A program made the translations under genes and the position numbers. The notes below the pieces were generated by a model, which was not told where the DNA came from, did not search any database, and saw nothing but the letters and a program-made list of their open reading frames with translations. DNA of 59,160 nucleotides, counting the filler, from Dirinaria sp. TL-2023a (lineage: Eukaryota): NCBI GenBank assembly GCA_051941275.1. It is 8 parts of 8 records of this genome, joined end to end, with 100 filler letters (N's around TTAATTAATTAA, not from the genome) between each part and the next. Parts side by side here need not be neighbours in the genome. Positions count along the whole stretch, not along the records: positions 37,082 to 44,377 come from JAVEBF010001327.1; positions 44,478 to 51,770 come from JAVEBF010001328.1; 6 more parts are not named here. The stretch is one strand, 5' to 3'. Shown here piece after piece: positions 38,357-48,227 of this stretch (within the stretch, counting starts at the first letter, position 1; each line of letters opens with the position of its first letter).

Positions 38357-39631
38357 TCAGCCAGTAAACGAGCAGATAGGCAGCTTGTATTCTTTGAGAG
38401 CCCAATACGGTCTTCTCATGGCCCTCCATTCATCCCTTCCTTCCAGATCTGGAACCTGGAGTGTTTCCCATTCGGTATCGAAGCCTGCTTCGAATAGGTC
38501 CATCTCGACTACCTTGCCGTATACATCGTAACAGATTTGCCGATCTGCTCCAAGTCCATTGAAGAAGCTCCATTTTCCGCCGTCTTCGAGAAGGCCAAGT
38601 ACGAAATCACTGAAGAAGTTGCGTAGAGCTTTGTAGTCCTCTGCATACGTATCGAAATATATCACGTCGAACATTTGGCCCCCTTCCATGATTTTCGGAG
38701 CAACATCTTGCCATTTGCCTTCATGTACCGTGATGTTGGGCTTGTCGTACCAGCCCTCATCTCTCATTCGTGACAGAATGGCAGGGTGCGCCTCAACGAC
38801 ATGGTGAGCACTAGGCGCCTTCTGCTGGAAGAGCTCGTCGATTATCCCCATACCATGGCCTATATTAAGGATGCGTAGACCCTCGGTAGGAACGAGCAGA
38901 TCGACAGTTCGCTTCATAATATCTAATTCCCAGGCCATCATAACACCATTTCGCTGGCCATCTAATATTCGGTCATCTTGAAAATCAAGACTGGAGCGGA
39001 GAAAATCCTCATTGCGATATCCTGGTTCATCAACAGTTTCGGTCGCTGGATGACCCTCCAAAGGAGTTTCAGTACTGGCTGCCTGTGCTGGATCATCTGC
39101 GTTTGCCGACCCTTCAACACCAGCCCCCTCACTATCGCCATCCGCGCCGTCGGCTAATTGCTCGTATTCGTCCAAGCGATTGAGCAGCAGCTCTGCCCTT
39201 ACACCAGCGTCGACCATGATCTCGTACAAGCTTTTCAGCCCTAATCTCAGGGCCAGGCATCCAGGTGTTTCATTCTTGCTGTCAACATCGTTCCAGATCG
39301 CACCCTGCTCTAACAGTAGCTTCACCGTCTTTGTTGCCGCCTGTACCTCGTCATCCGGCATGATTGATGGGTCCTCGTTTCGATTGCCCCCATCGTGGCC
39401 ATTGTCCTCGTATCCATTGGCTTGGATGCCGTTTTGCACAGGCGAGTCTGAGGGTCCGCAAGCAGCTATTGCGGCATGGAGCGGTGTGAATCCTGTTTCC
39501 GAGTCCTGAACACTCGCGGAGCCGTTACGTAATAGAATACGGAGTTGTGGAACATCATGTTGGGAGGCTGCCAGGAGTATCTGCTGGATTTGCAGGTCAT
39601 CGTCAGGTTCTGCTGCTGCTAAATCCTCCAT
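38357..39631 (-). CDS. RMT2: Protein arginine N-methyltransferase 2 (ankyrin-like N-terminus + SAM-dependent MTase)
   Basis: GFTPLHAA, GAIWND, DAGVRAELL, NGVMMAWE, LNIGHGMGIID, EAHP, YFDTYAEDY, FFNGLGADRQICYDVY. Confidence 0.95.
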   Translation of the reverse strand: MEDLAAAEPDDDLQIQQILLAASQHDVPQLRILLRNGSASVQDSETGFTPLHAAIAACGPSDSPVQNGIQANGYEDNGHDGGNRNEDPSIMPDDEVQAATKTVKLLLEQGAIWNDVDSKNETPGCLALRLGLKSLYEIMVDAGVRAELLLNRLDEYEQLADGADGDSEGAGVEGSANADDPAQAASTETPLEGHPATETVDEPGYRNEDFLRSSLDFQDDRILDGQRNGVMMAWELDIMKRTVDLLVPTEGLRILNIGHGMGIIDELFQQKAPSAHHVVEAHPAILSRMRDEGWYDKPNITVHEGKWQDVAPKIMEGGQMFDVIYFDTYAEDYKALRNFFSDFVLGLLEDGGKWSFFNGLGADRQICYDVYGKVVEMDLFEAGFDTEWETLQVPDLEGRDEWRAMRRPYWALKEYKLPICSFTG

Positions 39632-40347
39632 TTCAGAATGAGTGATTATCGCATCGCGCTTCCAAAGGCAGTGAAATGGGATGCTAGCTCGAGGTACGTT
39701 TATGCTTGGCTAATGGCTAAAAGAAACGTGCGGCAGCTACGGAGTACTGGGCCGTTATCATAGTTAGCGTGGGGGTGCAGGAAGCCCCATTAATTCGGTA
39801 CAACGTCTTCCCTCGGGCCTCGGCCCTACCTTAGGTAGTCTGTACTTTAGGTAAAGGTTTAGGCGGCTAAAGGTACCGGAAGTAGCCCGGGCTACCTATC
39901 GGCCACCCGAAATGTACAAACCTTCTCAGCCATATGAAACATAGGGATTTGCCGCCAGACTTGTATCCTATTCATTTCAGAAAATCCCTTGATCTACACA
40001 TGCAGTAAACAATGTTGTTTGGTTGCTCATAGAGAATGGAAAGTTGGACAGATGATGACCTGAAACTCAATTGTGGAAGAGCGGAGTTCTCGCATCTCCA
40101 GAAGCATCAGATTTGAAACGTGCTGGCAAGATGATGGGTATTTTCAACGCTAAGTCTGCCGCTCAGCTAAAGTATATAAAAGCATTTGTATGCAAAATCA
40201 ATGATCGCATTGATACCCGCTTTGAAGACGGCTCAATTTCAATGTACTTTTTTTGAAAACAATTATGACCGAAAACATATTGCATTTTGTTCCGCATGCT
40301 GTGTTCAGGACAGATCATCTAAAACCGAAACTCAGCATTCGACGCTA

Positions 40348-41931
40348 TCAGTAACGATTTTTCGGCGGAAACTTACAGCCCTTGGTCACGAAGTATTGGA
40401 CCTCCGCGCTTCCAGTATATTGCTTCCCATTGACAAGCCCACCTGTCGCCTTTCCCAGTGCATTGGTATAACTCCCAATAGGGAACGTCGAGCCCTGCGC
40501 TTGTGTCGTGTCAAAGGCGAATTTGTACTGCTGCCCGTGCTTATCCACGAAATCGATATCGACCCCCTGCGGCGCTAGGAAGGGAAGACCCGTCACGTTC
40601 CGAGAGCCGGTTCGCGTAATGGTGGTCATGTCCTTGGTACGTTGACATAGCCGGTTGCACTCGTTGACCAGCAAACGACCGTGCTTCGCGAGATAGCCAA
40701 TGGTTGCGAAAGCCTTGGGCTCGCCTGGGGGAGCGACTGACCAGAAGGCAATGTCATATGGGCCTACGGTTGTGAAGCTGTAGATGAATCGGCTGTAGGT
40801 TTGCTCGTAAGGCGGCCCGTAGCTGGTTTCGGCTTCAAATCCGCCTTTGAAGTCGAGAATCGTGCCGTTGATGTTGGCTTTTCTAAGATGGGGTTCAGTC
40901 ATATACCACAGCAAGAGGACGCTTGCCAGGAAGAGGTCTAATTACACTTACACCTCAGCTTGACCGAGAGCGAAGTGTGCCCAGTTTGTATTCTTGTACA
41001 TGTCGATCTCAGCCGGGGTAGAGGATTTCGTGATCAACGTCTCAAGGTTCGTCCCCGTACCGGGTCCACAACCCCAAGCTGGAGGTCCGGTAGAGTGCTT
41101 TAATGTCAAAGACCCGGAGGCCTTTTGGGCGGGAGAGTCTACCTTGGCGACGACCGATTCCCAGTTGAAGAAGCCTTCATAGCTGGCCAGACCCCAATTC
41201 CCGGAATAATCCGTTGTCGAGATTGTGTCATTTGGAGCCAGAACATATTGAGAGAATGGAACCCCGGCTTTTCCACCAGATACGACGACAAAATACTCGC
41301 TCGGAGCGAAAGAAGGTCCGAAGAAAGAGCCTAAGCCAGAGTTTTAGCACACGGTACTATTGGTCCAGGGCTGAGCCCAATCTATCCTCCGCCTATTTGA
41401 TAGCGAGGAGCAATGAATGCACTTTGTTCAGCTGCCATCGCTCAAATGTTCAAAAATCGATGTGAGGATGTTGCACGTGAAGGGTAACGCCTGTTTATCA
41501 TGTATCTAGAGGATCTACTGGCGGTGCGCGTTTCCAGAACAAGCATTGTACCAGTAATCTGAACCCTAAGATGTGATTGGAGAGGAGGAAGGTTACAAGA
41601 TCCAGACCGATCTCTTATGCAATTAGACCACTAAAAATTTCGTGCTGGCTTACCGATTTGGAAAGAAAGTTGGAACAGATCGGGAATGCCGTTCGTGAAG
41701 GTGTTTGACTGGGCGGCAAAGAAGTATGTTTGTGTCAGGTTCTGGGGATTGACACCTTGGGCGGCTTGCCGACCGACTGGAGGCTGAGGGATGAATGCTG
41801 ATGCTGCAGAGCCTGCATGGGTTAGACAAGCCTCCTCACGCATTTAGAAGGATCGTGTCCCCACTCAGAGAGGCCGTTAGAGCGACCAGAAAGACGGTTA
41901 TCTTCCTGACGCTAACGGTCGCTGTCGACAT
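40348..41931 (-). CDS. Secreted protein of the CrtC/hydroxyneurosporene synthase-like / fungal Diels-Alderase-like beta-barrel family (divergent), about 4 exons
   Basis: Hand-spliced: signal peptide MSTATVSVRKITVFLVALTASLSSAASA, ..TYFFAAQS..LSFQIGSF.., GSLTL, ANINGTILDFKG, VGPYDIAFW, GYLAKHGRLLVNEC, TGGLVNGKQYTGSA; first donor GTGGGG is weak. Confidence 0.55.
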
Positions 41932-43295
41932 CTTGCTTTCTATGTAGTAGGTAACTACACGACGAGCTTTTCGAACAGCGAAAATTTCCAACTAATGTTA
42001 TGCCGTCAGCCTTCGGTAGTACAACAAGCTCAAAATCCTTTTTGATGGAAGCCGGGTTAATGTCCGGGTACGTACCTTAGGCTTGGCTGGGACTTGATAA
42101 AAGTAGCCCTAGTGATGCTTCATTCGAAGTTCTATACGGAGTACTACCACCTAAACTACCTTAGTATATGCGAAGATGTGTCGAAATGAAAGGGCGAGAA
42201 CTCGTGAGCACGACATTAGAGAACTTGTCATAATTTATACCTTCCACTTGACTTGATGATGAAAATCGCTTCTCATAGCTGACGCCATTGTGCATGTGCA
42301 ATCCTCTTCTTGCCGCAAATGGGAAGCATCTTTGTACAGGAGTGACCTAGGAGTGATCTAGCGCTGACCAATGAAATCCCACCAACCTGCTTCCCCTTGG
42401 CATATCAAGGATGCCGTATATCCCCGAGGCTGCAGGCACGCAAACTCAAAATAATGAGAGCAAGATCTGGAGATGGTCGGATTAACCCAATAACCTTGCC
42501 CCCCTTAGGTAATTTTCCCCCACGCTTGCAATAACGGCCGGGCACTGCCCATAATAATGTGATTGCCATGTCTCTCAATACGCAAGGCCTTGTATCAAGC
42601 CATTTCACCACCTGCACACACGATGGTGTCTTTTCTCTTGATTGATTTCAACAAGGGGCCAGCAGGCGAAAATATGAACAATACTTGAAAAAGAGTATTG
42701 GGTTTTCAATGCGAGCCAAAGCTGTCATGAAGACTAAAATACCTGTGCGACTTCTTTGGACAGGAAATCTTCCTTCTCCCTTAGACATCCCGTTTCCTAA
42801 TAGGAAGAATCACAGCTCACTCAACCGAGCACGATGCGTTTCGCCTCTTGCAGACTTGGTGGTTTGGAAGTCTTGCACACCTGTTTTGCTGGTAGAAATA
42901 TCAGGCACTGCTTGATGGGTGTGTGGCCTGCATGGTCTTCAATAGGGCATTTCCACAAGCCTAAGTGTACTCTATACAGAATCCATCCCCATTTTGAGCC
43001 TGAAGATTGACCAGCTGCCTGATCGCCTGTTGGCTTGTCAGTCTGAGTGATTAAAGAACACAGATTTACCACTTCAGGGTATTGTTCACTCTTCTCATGC
43101 CGAGACCCGAGACAACAGATTCCATGAAATGATTAAAACAGTGTAATGAGACCGTGTGCTCGGCGAAATAATCAAATTTGTTGAGGAAAAAATCCAAGAA
43201 CACATTTAATCCCACACACTCCTCAAGTAGTAAATTCCAGTATCCACGATTCCTCATCATTCCTCAAGCTAAAAAACATTCTGCATACGCACATC

Positions 43296-43845
43296 ATGAC
43301 GAACAACGCCGAGGCAGACTATCTGGCGCGCTTTGCGAACTTTACGCAAGACGCAAAAGCTACCGCATTGGGCACCTTCAATAAATTGGCCAAAATACAA
43401 GGCTGGGCTCCAGGAAGCGAAGAATATGAGGACGAGCGGATTACCTATCTTTTATCGGCGTACGACACCCACGTCGGGTGTCTTTTCCAAGAAAACATGC
43501 TGCAAGGTTTGCAGCAGCTGTGTCGCGAGCTAGGCGTAGACACAGTCCCTGGGTCGATAACCAAATGCAAGCAGGTATGGCACTCGTGGAAACGGTTTTG
43601 CAGCATGGCAAAGTATTCCCATTCTAATCACAATGCCATTCTAGATTCTCAAAGGGCAGGTCCATGTCAACATAGTGAATCTTATCGACAGTCGCCGTTG
43701 TAAACAGAAGCCGAAAATTTTCGCAACTGCGGCGGCCCTGAGGAAGTATACCAATAGCAAAAAATTGTTTTTTCCAATTTACGAAGCGAAAGGACGGCCA
43801 CTTCTCAAGGTTCTGCTGCGCCACATGTTTCGAAACAGCAAATAG
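43296..43845 (+). CDS. Conserved fungal hypothetical protein (2 exons)
   Basis: FNKLAKIQGW..LQQLCRELGV..VPGSITKCKQ/ILKGQVHVNIVNLID..F..LRKYT..FFP..AK..LLKVLLR; GT..CTAAT..TAG intron about 43574-43644. Confidence 0.75.
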
Positions 43846-44271
43846 GAAGGACTTATTAAGGGATGTAAATGTCGAGCGGTGGATGATAGTGTAGCGAGCT
43901 GTATTGCATGCCTGTCTGTCTTTTGAGTTGTAACTGTAGCTAGCCAAGCAATACTACAACTCCACTCGATATGAGGAATTTCCTTCCATGCGAAAAGCTT
44001 AGAATTGAAGATGTGAAAGTGGTGTGTATGACAGTACTGTAGTGAAGATCAAGCAAGGTGAGTTCTGACCTGATCCTCTGGCAGCCTAATGTCGATAATC
44101 GATAAGATCACATGAAGATAAAGCACCTATCATATTCATTCGAACAGGACATCCGCTCGTCACATGACCTGATTCAAATCAAAAAGTGCCTTACCTCAAG
44201 CTCCTCTAACATTATTATTCAATAAGGTACCTGCCTACAGTATCAGATTCACCTCGCCTCAAAAGCAACCC

Positions 44272-44377
44272 TCAACCAATTCCCAACTCCTTCTTTGCCT
44301 TTCGCAAAACGCCAACCAATTTCTCCTCCCCAATCTCCATCTCCAAACCCACCTTCGCAAAAGCCCATCCCACCCAC
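44272..44377 (-). CDS. Possible 3' end of a gene cut by the linker
   Basis: Open frame WVGWAFAKVGLEMEIGEEKLVGVLRKAKKELGIG* running in from the contig end. Confidence 0.25.
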
Positions 44378-44477
44378 NNNNNNNNNNNNNNNNNNNNNNN
44401 NNNNNNNNNNNNNNNNNNNNNTTAATTAATTAANNNNNNNNNNNNNNNNNNNNNNNNNNNNNNNNNNNNNNNNNNNN
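44378..44477. other. Artificial contig linker
   Basis: N44-TTAATTAATTAA-N44. Confidence 0.99.
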
Positions 44478-45714
44478 GCTTCTGAGCTTGAAAAGGCTCT
44501 CATCAACGCTACCTTACTCTCTGAACTCTGAAGCGCAGGGCTGGTACTCGGGACGAAGTCCCTAAGAGGACCCTGATCGCCATCGCCAGGAAAATCCACA
44601 ATGGAAGCAATCTGTCCAGCAGACCTAGATTCTGAAACGTAGAGACTTTGGTGGCTGGTTCGGTCATCTGATGCCTTTCTCAATCCACATCGGTCGATTG
44701 AGTCGGGTCAATAGGTCGAAAAAGTCAGTCAAGGAGCTTCTGTGGTGTTCATGTGCACATGATTCATAGCATCGGAAGCCTCCCTACTGAACAATCATCA
44801 GAGAAACCTTTAACTGTAGTACTTAAAACCAAAAGCTCGCGACTCAAGTCAGTAGCTCTGTGTCCGTACCTCTAAGTCGCCAGAACAGATCCGTACGCGA
44901 ATATCCCTAAAGCGGGCAGAAAAGAGTGAGCGGTTCGCCGCGGACCAAGTATGAATATATGTGAACTTGAAAGGGAATTTATGTATCATATACTTGGCTA
45001 TCAGAGAATTTCTGCTAGGATGATACCGGAAGCTTCGTCTATGCCATATTAACTGCGTACAATGACGAAAAAAAAAAAAAAAAATTTGAGCATGAACGAA
45101 CGGATCTCCCCAGAAATCGGCGCAGAATTTGCAGTGAGGCGGGGACGTATTCGCAATGTATGTAGCGCATGTACTGTTCAGACAATGTTATGCTGCCTTT
45201 TTTCTTGTCGCGGCAAACATCGGGCGTCTCGATCGTATCCCCAGCTTTTTTGCGCAGGACAGTTCAAAAGCTGGGGGAATTTCACTCATGCTGTGAAGGA
45301 CAGATGGGCAGAGTTTATATACTATAGAATAAGCTTGTTTGTTTCGTCCTGTGAGAACTTCGCTGCTGTTGTGGTGGCGAATTCTGTGGATGTTAGTGGT
45401 AAGGTGACTCAGGGTATGTGTAGCAGCGGAGGAAAGCCACAACAAAGAAACTATTCCTCCACAAGAACAATACTACATTAGATTCTCAAGTAAAGCACGT
45501 TTTGATCAGTCAATCTACAAGAAAGTAATCGTATGTACGGTACACCTCCGTCGAAGCGCTGAACGTCGTGCTTTCTGAATCGGAATCCAAAGTCGCTCAC
45601 CCTTATGGGAGAAATTTCTTTTTCATAGCGATCACGCTGATGGGGCCAATGGTGCTGGGATTGGACCTCTGTATAGGTGTTAGCGTATATTGACATGAAA
45701 CGCTGTGGCGAGAG

Positions 45715-47010
45715 TTACGGGACTTCATCCATTGACTTGACGGTCACTTCCTTCCTCGCGTTCATTGTACGGCGCAGCTTGCTGCTTGCTGGATAGACTA
45801 TAACTCTTGGTCAGCTAATACACTCAAATCCTGATCTGTATCTACTTACCAACGCGACGAAGTCGGTTGGGAGACCCTAGGGGCTGCATCGATTTTAGGC
45901 CCAGCCACGGATCGACACGCATATGATCTTCCCAGAAAGACTTCAATTCGTAGTTGAACGAGTCTTGCTTGGGTATCTCCAGCCTTGCAACAGTCTGCCA
46001 TGGGTATTTCTCGGGATCCCAGATCTTTCCCGCATACTCGACCGGCTGATCCACCAGATTCTCGCAAAGCTGGAACTGTAGGAGGTATTCGGCATCGTGG
46101 GCGGAATGGAAATTCGAGAGCCATTTGCTGAGGATATCCGACTCGTGTTGGTCGGGCTTGACAGTCTCGTCGTACAGTTTCCTCTGAGTCTCTGTCGAAG
46201 GCACTAGACAGTATTTCGCAACATAATCGCCAAATCGGTAAGCGGTCTGCGAGTATTGTCTTGTGCTCTCTAAATGCGTATTCCTAACAGTGTCCCTCGC
46301 CTTTTGCAACTGTGTATCATTCCGAGCATCCAATTTCTTGTAGAGCTCAGGCTGGTTGCCGCCATATTTGATTCTGAGACCGATAATCTCCTTGGTGGTT
46401 TTGGCGTCTGCGAGGTCGAGGGCGGGGGTAGAATTGAATTCGATATCGTGGGTTGGCGCATCTTTTCCAGCTTCGAACATCTCGCCAGGGACATCGAAGA
46501 CTTTCAATGCAAAGCCTCGAGGCTGTGGGATGCGGTCCTGTGGCCAACTCGTTAGCAAGAAGAGTATGTGAGCCAGAGTTCTGGCTCACATCAAGGCCTG
46601 GGTCACCCGGCTCGCTACTGTACCGAGCAACGACCTGATACTCCCCACCATGTTGAAAGAGGCTCTGTTTTAAGTGTTTCGGTAAGTCGTCAGGTACCAC
46701 CAGCTTTCCCTTAACCAGGCCCTGGGTACGAGCGTGAGTCCCTGCCGAAGTCAGCCCGACTTCTACGACGGCCAGATTATTTGGTACCAGTATAGCAGTG
46801 GCGATGATTGTTCCATTGCATCTTCTGGAGGTCGTTGATCATGTCGGCTACCGCTTGAATGTCCTCGGCTTCGTTTGGTGGCACTTGCTCAACACCCTCC
46901 GCATCCCAGCGTATATAAGTCCTCTTGGACATGTCCTCCTTTTCACCAGCAGGCCGGTTCGAGATCTCCATCCCGGTGGGAGGGGCTTCCTTTTCCTCGT
47001 AACTCGTCAT
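45715..47010 (-). CDS. Small catalase-like heme protein (catalase superfamily, y4iL-like), 4 exons
   Basis: Distal His in GTHARTQGLVKG, VARYSSEP, PRGFALKV, NSTP, YSQTAYRFG, proximal PLGSPNRLRRVVY. Confidence 0.88.
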
Positions 47011-47309
47011 TTTGCCTAGGAAAATATGGTTATACGGTTATAGAAGGCTACGAGAAGTAACTGATGTAAGGTTTTGTTCATAGAAGTAAGAGATCGATGT
47101 CATATCTTGAATTTCTAATATTTATCTCGTCAAGCAGTCGATCACTGAAATAAAGGATGATGAAGATGATGATGATGTCGTAGCGGGGATGAAGAGCTTT
47201 GACCCCAAGTCTAGATCTCCAAACCCCGCAGCCATTGGGGCCAATCGTTCGGGTGTGCGGGTGGAAGGAGACATTGGGTCGCCTGGAAGGATAAGGCGTA
47301 GGCTTACCT

Positions 47310-47735
47310 CTCTGTAGTCATAATCACAAAATCGATTACAAAATGTTCAAAATCATAATCTGATTATGGTTTTGCACTCAAAATCAGAAATTGATTTTTC
47401 AAATTATTAGAAATCGATTTTGGATTTGATTTCTGATTTTTGGAATCGAGTAATCAAACGTATTAGTAAGCAGCTTACTAAGCGAGCTAATAAGCAAATT
47501 AGTAAGCATTAGCTTAGTAATACTTCTTTTAACACTGTTGTTCGTTTTTTATGTATTATCACTGGAACGTTCACAAACTTATAAGCTTACTAATAAAATC
47601 AGAAATCAAATCATAAAATTGATTTTAAATTCTGAAAATTATAATCGATTTTGAATATAAGAAATCAGAAATTGATTTTGAAAATTTTCGAAAATCGATT
47701 TTAAAATTGATTTCTGAATATTCGTTACTACAGAG
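47310..47735. mobile_element. Non-autonomous hAT-like element (MITE), 426 bp, AT-rich
   Basis: Terminal inverted repeats CTCTGTAGT / ACTACAGAG; 8-bp direct repeat GCTTACCT at 47302-47309 and 47736-47743; many internal AAAATCGATTTT / AAATCAGAAATTGATTTT motifs. Confidence 0.85.
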
Positions 47736-48227
47736 GCTTACCTAGAGGCAGTTGCACGGTATTCATAGCTTCACTTAGCCATTGTGAATAGTGGACAGTA
47801 CGAAGCGTGATTGATGAGAGAAGTGGTTGAGTGTCCTCTTCTAAAGAAAACGCCACAGCTCACAGCCACAGTATTAAAATACTTCATACTTTTATACCCT
47901 TCTTATTCATGATCATACTTGGGTAGGCGACCGATTTCACTCCTCATATCATACTCATGGACACTATGAGCGAAGGCCAAGACGATACCTTACTACATCC
48001 AGATCGCCGAATGCCCGTAGCCGTAGCAATCGCTATGACTGACATAAGAATGCAGCAAGGCAGACTGGCCGCTCTCAGCCTTGTCCAGGTCATTCCTGAT
48101 AAACCACCTGTCAAGGGCTTAAACCTGAATCGCTATTCTGAACAAGCTTACAATCGTAACGTAGGCTAGTAGTGATCGAGTAGGGATCGCTCTACTACAT
48201 TGAGCGACAGCGCTCCGACGTCTGGTT

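Noticed and set aside
44478..45696. ORFs 44426-44683, 45062-45481 and neighbours
   Set aside because: No motifs, poly-A-derived start, no coherent splice model
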